DNA from: Mytilus edulis
Taxonomy: Eukaryota
DNA length: 64,000 nucleotides
Assembly (NCBI RefSeq): GCF_963676685.1
Contig: NC_092347.1
Span: forward strand, 70,514,935-70,578,934
Reading direction: 5' to 3'
Both the position numbers and the translations under genes were made by a program. The notes below the pieces were generated by a model. The model was not told the origin of the DNA. It searched no databases and was given only the letters and a program-made list of their open reading frames with translations. Shown in pieces: positions 1 to 12,170 of this stretch (positions are counted from its first letter, which is position 1; every line of letters begins with the position of its first letter).

Positions 1-149
1 CGAAAAAAATATTCCCTGATCCCGTAAGGATCCATCCCAAAATCCCGAGCTTTAAAACACCCGATCCCGGTAAGTAAGTCATGCATCCATCAACTCTCTA
101 CCCTATTTTCATTTTAGCCAAATCACTACTTTCACTTTCAACAATAAAT

Positions 150-425
150 ATTTATGCTCCATTTATGGGCATTATGTTTTCTAGTCTGTGCGTCCGTTCG
201 TTCGTTCGACCGTCCGTCCGTATGTCTGACTTCAGGTTAAACTTTTTGGTCGAGGTAGTTTTTGATGAAGTTGAAGTCCAGTCAACTCGAAGCTTAGTAA
301 ATATGTTCCCTATGATATGATCTTTCTTATTTTAATGCCAAAGTAGATATTTTACCCCATTTTACGGTCCACTGAATATAGAAAATGATAGTGCCGATGT
401 GGCACCCGTGTGCTATGGACACTAA
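150..425 (-). repeat. MITE family A, copy 1: about 280 bp with a (TCCG)n core and ATGCCC...GGGCAT hairpin ends
   Basis: Near-identical to 26905-27200, 41022-41305, 42668-42950 and 46440-46605. Internal (tccg/tcgt)n run and terminal palindrome atgcccat...atgggcat. Confidence 0.7.
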
Positions 426-669
426 CAGAAAACAGTAGACAGAACACAGAAAGTCTCTATAAATTATAGTAGTATGATCGTAGTTTACATGTAGATGAAC
501 ACGAAAAATAATTGTCCTCTCTATGGAGGTATAATAGTTGTGGTTCTTGCGATTTAAAAACCATGATATGGAGAACGCTCTGATTGGCGTATTTATTTTT
601 CATTTTTATACGCCCGTCTTTTAGACGGGACGTTTTTAATATGGTATACCGTTGTCCGTCCGTCCGTCG

Positions 670-1100
670 TCCACACTTCGGACAATAACTCAAAAATATT
701 TTCACCAATTTCCATGAAACTTAAGTGAATTGTTTATATCTATTGACGTAAGCTCCCTTTCGTTTTTTTTTTAATTTCAGATTTTAAGTTTTGGATTTAT
801 GGGGCTTTATTCATAAAAAAAAAAGGGTGATTTTCAACGCTTCGGACAATAACTCAAAAAGGCTTTCACCAAAATAAAAATGATTTCATGGACATTTATA
901 TCTATTGATGTAAGCTCCCTTTCAATTTTTATAAATTTCAGATTTTAAGTTTTGGATTTATGGGGCTTTATTCATAAAAAAGGGGGATTTTAAACACTTC
1001 GGACAATAATTAATTTTTAGATTTTACGTTTTCTTAAGTAATGAATTTTTATACTTAAAAAAGGGGGATTTTATGAAACTTTAGTGAATATACTAATGTA
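670..1100. repeat. Tandem repeat, unit about 160 bp, about 2.7 copies
   Basis: The string cttcggacaataactcaaaaa recurs at 678, 839 and 997 with conserved intervening sequence (tgtaagctccctttc...atttcagattttaagttttggatttatggggctttattcataaaaaa). Confidence 0.75.
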
Positions 1101-1639
1101 ACATCCCTTTTGATTTGTATATATATTTCTAGTTGATCATATAAATTCATTTAAAGCATAAAAGACAAGTTAAAAGAGCAACGGACGTATCATGCGCTAA
1201 AGCGCAGCCCTTTATTGTTATCCATCATACGATTGGTTGTAGTTGTGCATGTTTAAAACCGGAAATCCTATCTATGACTAAAAGTCGGTTTGATGACGGA
1301 AACAATATCCGGACAGCCTTTTTGTCGTTTTTCTTCCAAAATAACTCAATCTGAATAATCATAAGAATGGATGACAAATGTGACTATGCATGTTACCTAT
1401 AGGACACAGAGGTATGGTGATTAATTTATTGTGGAAGGAAGAGAAGTGACACACAAAATGAGGTCTTCTCGTTTAATAGTATAAATATATATATTTCTTT
1501 CAAATATTATATAGATGTATTAATAAATATCATTTGTATACGAACGATCAAATGAATTATAATGATACATATTTCCTTAAATGCCTCATTGGTAAATTAA
1601 AAAAAAAGCAGTTTAGAAAATAAGGCTACAGGGGCGGAT

Positions 1640-1800
1640 CCAGCCATTTTAAAAAGAGGGGTCCAACCCAGGTTAAAGGGGAGGGGTCCTACCCATGTCC
1701 CCATTCAAAAGAATTGAGCGCCAAAGAAAGGAGTGGTTCCAACCCACGGAACCTAACCCCCGGAAAAGCACTGGGCTACAACTTCCTCAGGAAAAGTTGA
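1640..1800 (-). repeat. MITE family B (gcggatccag...poly-G/poly-C...ctggatccgc)
   Basis: Shares gcggatccag, gaatggggacatg, ggttccaaccc and ctgggtt..gaccc motifs with copies at 2350-2520, 8640-8800, 12750-12870 and 42560-42667. Confidence 0.6.
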
Positions 1801-2349
1801 CTTTTGATGAATTTTGCAATTCTTTTTGTATTGCTTTGGTCGTATAGTTCCTAACGTGCTTCGTTACTGGCATGATGTTAACATATTTCCTCAAATAACT
1901 CGTTGATCGACGAAAAAAAATATCTCAGAAACTTATTATTATAACTCCATCAATAAAAGTTGAACTTGTAAGTCTATTAATTTTAGGCATCTTTTAACCA
2001 TATAGATCCTAACTTTTCTATGTTTTTATAGGTCTTTATACATCCTTAGCATTCAAATGTTTAGGTTTGAGCGTTCTTGATGAAGGTCGAACCAGCTTTG
2101 GACGCAGAAAAATGTATCAGTTTTTCGATTTCTTGCACTGCTTTTAGATGCCACTGCTAAGACTCCCTGAGACTTTCTTTAGCTCGGAAGTCGGTGCTTC
2201 GTTTACGTTACTGGTATGACTTTTATCATACTGTGTAAATTCACCCGTTTATAAATGAAGAAAAACAAAGTTATAAACTAAGATTTCAACTCCATCAGGC
2301 AAAGTTGACCTGCAATGAGTATTGCTATTCTTTAAATTAGTCATATAGC

Positions 2350-2520
2350 CCTAACCAGGCGCGGATCCAGAGGGGGGGGGGGGGTTGGAACCCCCCTTTT
2401 TTTTGGACGATCAATGCATTTGAATGGGGACATGTAATTGGAACCCCCCCCTTTGTCCTGGGTTAGGACCCCCCCCCCCCCCCCTTCTTAAGGAAAGGGT
2501 GGTTATCGATTTTCATTCTT
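2350..2520 (+). repeat. MITE family B copy with G14 and C16 homopolymer arms
   Basis: gcggatccagagggggggggggggttggaacccccc...gaatggggacatg...cccccccccccccccc. Homologous to 1640-1800 in inverted orientation. Confidence 0.6.
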
Positions 2521-3204
2521 AATCAATCAATTCATAGAACCGTTAACAGACATGTTGGCTAAAGAACCAGTTCGACCGGTTTGTTTTTGTATTTTAAATT
2601 CATGGTACACTAAGCAAATAAGAAAATATATATATATATTTTTTGGTAACTTTTATCCCGACCACATGATTTAGCTGTAACCATTGAAACAATCCGTTCG
2701 ATAAAAATGTCATGAGAGGGAAAATAACTTAAACACACATCTCTCGAAAAGAAGACAAGTAGAGATCTCTAAAATGGTTCTAATCACTACATAAAATTAT
2801 AAGCGAAACACTGTACAAAACATAGGTATGGGCTTTGATTATTGTTGAAGGCCGTACGGTGACCTATAGTTGTTAATTTCTGTGTCTCTTGTGTAGAGTT
2901 GTCTCATTGGCAATCATATCACATCTTCATTTTTAAATTATCGCATCTTTTTACTCTCTGAAATAGACAAGTGTAAGTGTTCTCGCTTGTATGTCTATTT
3001 GCAAAAGTACAGCTAATACAACTTCGTAATATGCGACATATTGTTCTGAATTCATAAGATGTAAATTGCTTCTACTTGTATTTTTTCCCTTGGTTGTATT
3101 TGTAATGTCAATAATTGCTTCATTCCATACAGTCCTCATTATTTCTGGTTGTATTAGTTTCATATTCCCATAACAGTTTAATATTATGTTATAGTTATTG
3201 ACCA

Positions 3205-3320
3205 AGAAAGTCGGTATATGGGATTTAATTTGCACAGCTCGAGTGACCCTGTTTAACCCGAACGACGAAGGAGTTCGGGTTAATGGGTCATCTCGTGCTG
3301 TGCAAATTAAAACATATACC
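3205..3320. repeat. Nested hairpin: about 38-bp inverted repeat whose loop contains a second hairpin
   Basis: tcggtatatgggatttaatttgcacagctcgagtgaccc pairs with gggtcatctcgtgctgtgcaaattaaaacatataccga. The spacer aacccgaac...gttcgggtt is itself palindromic. Confidence 0.6.
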
Positions 3321-3404
3321 GATTTGATTGGCCAATAACTGTTTTAACACATGACGTCAACAATTATTCAATCAACATGTATTGAGAATGTCCATTCTTT
3401 CAAA

Positions 3405-6400
3405 TTACTTGGAATTAGGCGAGTGATATGAGAGCCAAATTCACATTTTTAATGCACCTACCTAACACACGGCTAAATTATATATCACTGGAAAGCTAAG
3501 AATGTGTACTTTCTAAATATCCCGGTCGTCAAAAGAAATTATGGTGCATTTTTTTTTAAATCGAGGTCAAAGGTCATGGGTGCAATTTCTATTCACGGAT
3601 ACTTCCAGTAGAAAAATCGAGTCAAAACAAATACAAAAATGAAACAATTTTATAGGAATGCTGTATTACTCTTGAGAAAATATATTTCTATCATAGTGTT
3701 AATTAATTTTGGTTGATTTTAACGGTAAAGCATGTTACGTAACGTTTTCTCTCGGAGTCTTTGAAAATCAACCATTAAGTCACACAAATGTATCTGTAGT
3801 CGCCCTTGCATTATCTAAATCTTATAATACCTCCATATCATTTGATTGCACGTATTTACAAACATATATCTGCAAATTTGATATAAATAATTCGAAACAA
3901 AATATTTGAAGCAAGAAGAAAATATAACATATGACGTATCTTTAATTGTTTAGAAAGTCCCATGATGAGCTGTACATTAAAATTGAGGAAGCGTATGGTC
4001 TCCTGTTAGTTTGAAAGCCTACCAACCGCTTCAAGATCAGACAACCATAGGGCGGATTTTTTTTTATTATTGTAGTGCAATATGTTGAGTCTGGATCATA
4101 CCGCAATTTCATTTACATCACTAAATCAGATATGACAAGAGTACTAACTAACATTACTAAAATGAATAAAGTGCTACTAGTATATTTATATCAACAAATT
4201 GACAATTTTAATATAAAACATCACAAGGAAAATATGACCACTCATTGTACGTTAAACTGTGTTTGATTTTACTTTAGTCGGCCGCCGTGTATCTTGAGAT
4301 ATCTTATTAATCAAACAACACTTGACAAAGGAGTGTTCTAATTTTAAATTACGCTAGTGATGACATTCGGGCTACTTTGGCACTACGTATTACTTTTTTA
4401 TATCTTGTTTCACCGCTTCAAACAGAGGACAAGGTTATCCTAACATTGAACCTTTTATTTGGCTTTCTTATGTTAAAATCCCGTTAGCGTATAACCTAAA
4501 TGATCGAAACGTCGGACCAATGGGATGTAGGACCATTTAGGTGTCAGAATATTGCGATATCGGAATATTATAGCTTCATTTTAACTTGTAATCTCATCAT
4601 TCTTAGCGGTCAAAATGTCCATACAAAGACAACTTCCTTGGCATGGGCATATACCAGTACAGCAGAGGTTTTGCTCAAAGCGGACACAAGATCTACTATA
4701 TACTGATTGAATTAAAAATTGGAAATGGACACGAGGAATTTGTCAAAGAGACACCAACCCGTTTAAAAGGAGACAACGGCCGACGACCACCAATGGGTCA
4801 TCAATGCAGCAAGAAACTTCCAAACCCGGAGGCGTTCTTCAGCTGGCTCCTAAACAAAAATGTACTAGTTTGAAATGATTATGGACGTCATACTAAGCTT
4901 TCAGTTGAAATATACACAAGAAATTAAAACAAAAATCATACAAAAATAAAAAAGGCCAGGGGCTCCTGACTTGGGACAGGCGTAAAATTGCGGCGGGGTT
5001 AAACATGTTTTTGCAATCTCAACCCTCCCCCTGCGTGAACAGATCAAATCTTGTAGAAAGTTGGAAAACATCATACCGGACCGATATTGCCTTTTAACCA
5101 ACCAAAGTCATGCAGAGAACTTTTATTGTTTCTGTAGTTAGGTTGACATTGTCTTGGATAAAATTTTGACCCCCAGAAGAAAAATAATGCCATGTAGAAT
5201 GTATGCCCCATTTTCAATTTTTCTTATCTGTTGATCAGTCAAACTTGTTTTAATAGTTATCAAAGGTGTGTCCACAAATACGGTGCATTTGTAATGATAA
5301 ATCTAAAAAAAAAAAGAGTTAAAAAGAATAAGACAAAATTATAGAGCTACTGTATACAATATTGGATGTACCTTAGCCTTGTTGAGGCTGTATACATGTA
5401 CATTGTAACTATAAATTGACCATATATTTTTAGTATTTGTTGAAGCTGCTAATATGTTATTTAGTTTTCTCGGCGGCGATCCTCGGCATAAATTAAGTAA
5501 TTAAAGTTGTTAACCAGAATACTTCCTTGTGTACAGGCACGTCATCTTTAATCGTCGAAATGTTAGTAATAGCTCTTTACTTTCTCACTTCAAATTTTGT
5601 AGCTAATATTTAGCGATGCAAGCTCGATGGTATACAGATTTAATAGTAAAATTATCATGAGTTATTTTGTAAATCAGATCATTACGTCCACTTGTATTTT
5701 TGTCCATCTGATGAGTTAAGCCTTTTTCAACTGATTTTTATAGTTCGTTCTTATGTTGTAATGTTATACCACTGTCCCAGGTTAGGGGGAGGGTTTTGAT
5801 CCCGTTAACATGTTAACCCCGCCACATTATTTATGTATGTGCCTGTCCCAAGTCAGGAGCATGTAATTCAGTGGTTGTCGTTTGTTTATGTGTTACACAT
5901 TTGTTTTTCGTTCATTTGTTTTACATAAATAAGGCCGTTAGTTTTCTCGTTTGAATTGTTTTACATTGTCTTATCGGGACCTTTTATAGCTGACTATGCG
6001 GTATGGGCTTTGCTCATTGTTGAAGGCCGTACGGTGACCTATAGTTGTTAATGTTTGTGTCATTTTGGTCTTTTGTGGATAGTTGTCTCATTGGCAATCA
6101 TACCACATCTTCTTTTAATATTTATTGTAGGAGATATATGTATTAACACTCAATACAGCTTGAGTTTGCTACTCAGAGGATACCTTATGAAGTTGTGTAA
6201 CTTGCTTATAGGCTTTATACATTTGCAAAATATACAAACAGACAAATTAGAATGAGTTGTAGATCTACTGCCCTCGTTGATATATGAGAAGAGACTGGTC
6301 GGTAGAATTGGTACATGTAGTACAAAGTCTTTGTACAGACAAAACAGAAGCTGATAGGTTGTACTTACTTTTGAAATATTCATAGCAACTCTTATGATAT

Positions 6401-7460
6401 TTTGTATTTTCAAATGGGATGTTTTCATTTTTTTCATATTCATCAAACAGTCTGTAAACTTCATCCTTTCGTTTTCCCACTGCGGCAATATAACTGTATC
6501 TTCATTTAAGTGTTTAACTACATAGTTTCTATGTAGTAAATACATGACAGACTATGCATCTGTTGTCAATCAATGGATAGTTTTTGCTCTTTAGCATAGG
6601 AAGGGTTTCATTGTGAACTGGACTGTGAAAATTTGACAGGACTCGGAAGATTTTCTACAATTTTCCGATACGATTCCTTATTTAGAAATGGGTGAATTCC
6701 AGAACTCATAAACTATGTTTTACTTTGATTTGATCTTTATTTTCGGACGATTTTATATCTATTTAAGCTCCACTGAAGTTCAAGATAGAAATATAACCGT
6801 TTAAATATGATTTATCGTACTCTGATAGCACTATTAAGTACACGGAAATCGACTAATATATTCAGTAAAAAAACGATAACGAAATAGATAAGGGATTCCG
6901 GAAACTATAGTGATGTTACCCAACATCATAAAATTACAGAAATTCGTGATTTTAAGAAATGTTGAGATAAAGTCTTGATCTTGAATGAAAAAACGATAAC
7001 TGATGAGTGATTTGGTGTGTTCTAAAACGGATCAAGTGCTAACGCATTTAATAGAAAATTTAATTGTAGATCCGAAAAGGTCAGGATTATGAAAATTTTC
7101 GTATAAAATGTCAAATATTTAGAAGGAATGCAAAAGCATGCGGAGTTATAGTTGTAAATATTGTTTTTCATTATTTTAAGAATCTAATTCAATTAATTAT
7201 TCTGTCTAAAAGAAGAGATACGACTAATTTCTTTTGCTTGAAAAACATGTCGTATTTTTACAATTTTCAACTAATTTCTGAAATAAACGTCAATTTTACA
7301 AAAACTGCACCGTACGATTTTGTGACGACCGGGCAAAAATCAAAGTTAAATCAATATTCTTTCATTTAAAAAAGAAATTAGCCGTGTGTTAGGTGGGTGC
7401 ATTAAAGTCCTTAACTAGACGTCTTTTTCAAATATTACACTCGCCTAAATAGACATTGAT
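3405..7460. mobile_element. Candidate about 4-kb element bounded by about 150-bp inverted repeats
   Basis: 3405-3560 is the reverse complement of 7300-7460. Shared core gccgtgtgttaggt[ag]ggtgcatta, gacgaccggg and cactcgcctaa. The interior has only short ORFs plus inserted SINE-like copies. Confidence 0.4.
5690..6115 (+). repeat. SINE/MITE family C, full-length copy of about 420 bp
   Basis: Modules gtc..tgatgagttaagcc / ctgtcccaagtcaggagc / ggttaacatgtt / ctgactatgcggtatgggctttgctcattgttgaaggccgtacggtgacctatagttgttaat / ttgtggatagttgtctcattggcaatcataccacatcttc. Other copies or fragments at 2815-2935, 4900-5050(-), 13540-14130(-, two copies), 15120-15420, 16060-16090, 18600-18920, 20500-20930(-) and 28980-29220(-). 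Confidence 0.7.
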
Positions 7461-8290
7461 GAAAATTTAAGCTGGGAAGATCATGTTGATCGTATATGTA
7501 AAATTATCTCATCTAAAGTATCACTTTTATATAAAATTAAAGTATATTTGCCAATACAAACAAGGCAACTATTTTATAATGCATATATTCTACCATATAT
7601 AGACTATTGTAGTTCAGTTTGGGGAAATTTATTACAAAAAGATTCAGATAGAATCATAAAACTTCAAAAAAGAGTAGCAAGAATTATACTGGAATGCGAT
7701 ATTTCTATTCCATCTAATTTCATGTTTTCTTCTTTAAAATGGCTATCTTTTACCAAAAGAATAAAATACCAACAATCAATTCTAATGTATAAAATTGTAA
7801 ATGGGCTAACACCTGATTACTTAGCAATACTAAATATTGATGATGTGCAACGCCACAACTTACGATCTGTCTCTAATAATGATCTTTTTGTTCCAAGACC
7901 AAATACAAATTTTTATAAAAAATCTTTTCATTATTCTGCAACCAAAGTATGGAATAATTTACCACTCGAAATAAAGAAATGTCCTAATGTGGAATTATTC
8001 AAGAAACATAGTTATAATCATTTTCTTGAAAATTATATGCAAGTCAACTAATTTGTTTTCCTCTAACAAAACTATATCAAATATTGTCATTTATTACCCT
8101 TTGTATATTTCAATGATTGAATTGTGTATATACTAGTAATATATATTGTAAATTAATGTATGAATGTATGAATGTTAACTGTATGCATGTATTTTGTTTG
8201 AGGGCCTCAATGAAAATTAGACTATTTCTAATTGAGTTACCCTCTTTAAATAAAGAATTTATTATTATTATTATTATTATTATAATTTTC
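7440..8290 (+). mobile_element. Non-LTR retrotransposon (LINE, CR1/L2-like) 3' fragment: ORF2 C-terminal region plus (TTA)n tail
   Basis: The frame from about 7445 reads ...IDENLSWEDHVDRICKIISSKVSLLYKIKVYLPIQTRQLFYNAYILPYIDYCSSVWG...LQKRVARIIL..., the conserved post-RT domain of CR1-like ORF2. It ends at 8051 and is followed by the microsatellite (tta)8 at 8261-8285. Confidence 0.7.
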
Positions 8291-8325
8291 CCGCATAAAT
8301 CACATCCGCCCAACAAGACGTTGAA

Positions 8326-8577
8326 ATGGATGGATTTCATCATGAATTGTCGGAGGATGATATGATCTTATCACAAGTATTAGAAACATTGGAGGATGAA
8401 ATGGAACTGAGAAATGTAAATATAGAGGACTTTTTTGGAGAGTTTCCTAGTAATGTGATGGATGAGAATGCATCTGGAGATTTAATCAACACCTCAGCTG
8501 TTTCATTTGACCTAGGACTAGACTTAGATCTATGGTTGCAAGTTTCTTCGGAAAACGGAAAGATCCAAAATGTCAAG
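8326..8577 (+). CDS. Exon 1 of a two-exon ORF (acidic N-terminus), donor AAG|GTACGT
   Basis: ATG at 8326. The open frame ends on a complete codon at 8577, followed by the strong donor gtacgt at 8578. Confidence 0.45.
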
Positions 8578-8639
8578 GTACGTCTTTTTTTAGAATTATC
8601 TGCCACGCGCAGACCCATTATTGCATGATTTGAGGTGTG

Positions 8640-8800
8640 GACCCATAGACGGATCCAAGGGATGGAGTCCGGGGTCCCTCTTTTGTGAAAAAAAATGGTT
8701 AATTATATAGGGAATCACTGAAGCATGACCCGCGCCCCCTCCTTTTAGGTCAGTCAGCCCTCCCCCTTAAATAAAAAGTTCTGGATCTGCTACTTAGACC
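8640..8800. repeat. MITE family B copy inside the 8578-8938 intron
   Basis: ggatccaagggatggagtccggggtccc ... cccgcgccccctcc ... ctggatctgc. Confidence 0.5.
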
Positions 8801-8938
8801 CTTGATATAATCATTTGCGGAAACTTCCGACTAGTTTTATTGTTTAATTGTTCTCATCCGGAACATTCATGAAATATTTGCCACTGCCGGATTTTGCTTC
8901 TGCCATGTGTTAAATTATGTGATATTATCTTATTTTAG

Positions 8939-9099
8939 GATGAAGAACCTAAAGATCAGGAACAAGGAGTCGAATCAAGGTTTGCAGAAATGACAGACAA
9001 TGAAATTGATACACTTATTGAAGATGCTGAGAACAAAAACACAAAGAAAGCCACAAAATGGGCAGTTAATGTCTATGAAGAAAAGAACACTTGCAACTA
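8939..9099 (+). CDS. Exon 2: acceptor ttattttag|GAT, in phase with exon 1; reads ...FAEMTDNEIDTLIEDAENKNTKKATKWAVNVYEEKNTCN*
   Basis: Acceptor at 8937-8938 and continuous frame with exon 1. The NTKKATKWAVNVYEE motif resembles, from memory, the N-terminal motif of Crypton-type tyrosine recombinases or DUF3504 (KIAA1958/ZMYM-like). Confidence 0.4.
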
Positions 9100-9419
9100 G
9101 ATTGTACCAAGCAGGAGTCAGTGAGCAGATGGTAATGGATAGAACAGGTCACAGGAGTGAAAAGGCTGTTCGTACCTACAAAAGACCTGCGGATTCTATG
9201 CTAAAAGATGTCTCTAACATTTTGAATCCATCTAATAAGCAAATAAAACTTGAGGATCCCAAACCATTAACCGATACTCGTGCAATCCTTCCTGAGCAAG
9301 TTAACATTGAAAATACAGAAAATGCATTTAATGTTTCAAAACCAGAAGGAAAATATCGGGGATTGCCAAGTAACAGCTCTTTTCAAAACTGCGTGTTCAA
9401 TTTTGTAACGAAGATGTGA
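9075..9419 (+). pseudogene. +1-shifted continuation carrying a tyrosine-recombinase box-II-like segment (KKRTLATRLYQAGVSEQMVMDRTGHRSEKAVRTYKR)
   Basis: Pattern xRxTLATRLyQAGV...TGHrS...rtY matches integrase-family box II (LRHTFATRLLQAGV....LGHS......Y). It lies in a different frame from exon 2 and directly abuts the N-terminal motif, so the usual about 250 aa between them is missing. Confidence 0.45.
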
Positions 9420-10059
9420 ACCTCACAGATTTTGTTTTCAATTTTTAACACTGAATTGTTATTTAAGTTGTTTTTAAGCCGTACATAGAAATGTATGAAA
9501 AAGCGTTTTTTTTTTAGTTTTCACTGTGTCGGGTTGTGACACTGATAACTTACATATCAAGACTATAATAGGAAGATGTCGATGATACTTTATTTTCATT
9601 TTTTTTTTAATGACAATTTTTTTTATATTGATGGAAAAATAATTTTAGTAAATTAACCTGTGTTTTTTTTTTTTATCTTATTTAGACTTGTATTGTGTTG
9701 ATTGTAATACTACTACATTTGTTTTGTATGTTTTCTATCCTGATGTTTTATCAAGGGACTGATTTTTATGTCCGAGTATAGATACATGTATCCACTTGAT
9801 ATTTCTTACAAAATGGAGAAAAACAAATATTTGTAGTAGCAATGGAATCAACAAATGCAAAGTACTGTACAATAAACATCTGTCAAGGACGTGAAGTTCA
9901 CGTGACCTGTGCAATTATTGAAGTAGTTAATGCACACCTGACCCGTGCATTATCCAGATTATACCACAGTAAGATCAAAGGAATTTTGCCTCTGTCATGT
10001 GTTAATTTTGTCATATCTCTATTAACTGTAGTAAGTAAATAATATGCGAGATATATCAA

Positions 10060-10960
10060 AGGACCATTCAAACTCACAAGTAGAACTTTTAAAACCGACA
10101 ACGCCATGGCTAAAAAAGAAAAAGACAAACAGCAAACTACAAAACACAAAACACAACATAGAAAACTAAAGACTGAGCAAAACGAACCCAAACAAAAACT
10201 GGGGGGTGATCTCAGGTGCTCCGAATTGGTAAGCAAGTCCTGCTCCACAAGTAAGTGTCATATTTCAATAAAAGACTTATTAAAAAGAGATATAGTTACG
10301 ATACTGTTGTCAAGTCATAAAAGATGGCATACTTGACTTTAATATTGATTCACTTATAGGGCTTTGCATCGGAAATAAACACATTTATTCTAAAACCAGT
10401 TGTTGGCATGATACGGGTTATCATCATTGTTCTTCTCAAATGAAAAATCATGCATGTAATGATGGTATGATGCATATTCATATGGTGAAGACATAATCTT
10501 TCAATCAGTTTGGGGTCTGGAGCTGGCATGTCAGTAACTGCTAGAAGTCCTTAGTGAAATTATGTATCATTGTCAGTTTGTTTAGTTTCTTTTGTTACCT
10601 TGTTACCTATTCTGACATCGGACTCGGACTTCTTGAAACTGAGTTATACTGTGCGTTTGTTTAGAGGGAGGGTTAAGATCTTAAAAAAACATGTTTAACC
10701 CCGCCGCATGTTTGCGCCTGTCCCACGTCTTTGTTAGTCTTGTGTGATTTTGATTTTAGTTTCTTTTATATATTTCGGAGAAAAGAATGGCGTCCATTAC
10801 CACTGAACTAAAACACATTTTTGTTTAGGGGCCAGCTGAAGCACGCCTCCGGGTGCTGGATTTTCTCACTGTATTGAAGACCCATTGGTGGCCATCGGCT
10901 GTTTTCTCCTCTTTGGTAGGGTTATTGTTTCTTTGACATATCCCCCTTTCCCATTGGGTG
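10060..10960. repeat. Composite interspersed repeat: 10060-10260 is the reverse complement of 39200-39420; 10280-10960 is homologous to 33810-34560 (the tail region following the Penelope-like RT)
   Basis: Long co-linear matches, e.g. gatatagttacgatactgttgtcaagtcat..., ggccagctgaag[cg]acgcctccgggtgc and gggagggtt[ag]agatct...catgtttaac[ca]c[cg]ccgcat. Confidence 0.6.
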
Positions 10961-11049
10961 TTGCTAAACGGCGGAAACGGAATGCGGAACGGAAACGGAA
11001 AACGGAAACGGAAAGAAATGTTTTTTGGACAAGGAACAAGTTTGAGAAA

Positions 11050-12170
11050 ATAATAGAGGCTCTAAAGAGCCCGTGTTGTTCACTTTGGTCTATGTGCATA
11101 TCATAAACGAAGGACACAGATGGATTCATGAACAAATTGTGTTTTGGTGATGGTGATGTGTTTGTATATCTGACTTTACTGAATATTCTTGCTGCTTACA
11201 ATTATCTCCATCTATAATGAACTTGGTCCAGTAGTTAAAATTTTTTGTAAAAATTTACAAAATTTATGAAAATTGTAAAAAAATGACTATAAAGGGCAAT
11301 AATTCCTTAAGGGGTCAATTGACGATTTTGATCATGCTGACTTACAAACAACGGGTTGCAACTTGCCTGATTGGTCTGAAAATTTCAGGGCAGATTGACC
11401 TTGACCTAATAAACAAATTCATTCCCGTCAAATTTGTTCTCCATGCTTTGGTTTCTGAGATATGAGCCAAAAACTGCATGTACTATTTTAGTCATGTTGG
11501 CCATATTGGTTCGCAGGCAGGATCATCGGGCACATTTTTTCAACTAGAAACCCTAATGATGATTGTGGACAAGTTTGGTTAAATTTGTTTTAATATTTTC
11601 AGGAGAAGATTATTTAAAGATTCCAAAAATTTACGAAAAATTGTTAAAAATTGACTATAAAGGGCAACAACTCCTTAAGGGGTGAATTGGACATGTAGGT
11701 CATGTTGAATTTTAAATGCTGTTCACAGTTTATCTCTATCTATAATAATATTCAAGATAATAATGAAAAACGGCAAAATTTCCTCAAAATTACCAATTCA
11801 GGGACAGCGACCCAACAACGGGTTTTCCGATTCATCTAAAAATTTCAGGGCAGATAGATCTTGACCTGATAAACAATTTTACCTCATGTCAGATTCGCTC
11901 AAATGGTTTGGTTTCGGAGATATAAGCCAAAATCTACATTACATTTAACCCCTCTGTTCTATTTCTAGCCATGGCGGCCATCTTGGTTGGTTGGCCGGGT
12001 TATTGGACACATTTTTAAAACTAGATACCCAATTGATGAATGTGGCCAAGTTGGTTAAATTTGGCCCAGTAGTTTCAGAGGAGAAGATTTTTCGTGTAAA
12101 AGTTAACGACGACGGACGACGGACGCCAAGTGATGAGAAAAGCTCACTTGGCCCTTTGAGCTAGGTTAGC
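11050..12170 (+). repeat. Repeat family D (gactataaagggcaataactc... / ...tggccatcttggttgg...), internal tandem duplication
   Basis: Unit beginning aatagaggctctaaagagcccgtgttg..tcac[ct]ttggtctatgtgcat. Second partial unit from about 11640. Homologous copies at 47225-47520 and 63650-64000. Confidence 0.6.

Noticed and set aside
81-320. 79-aa ORF
   Set aside because: It is the antisense read-through of MITE family A copy 1, so not a gene.
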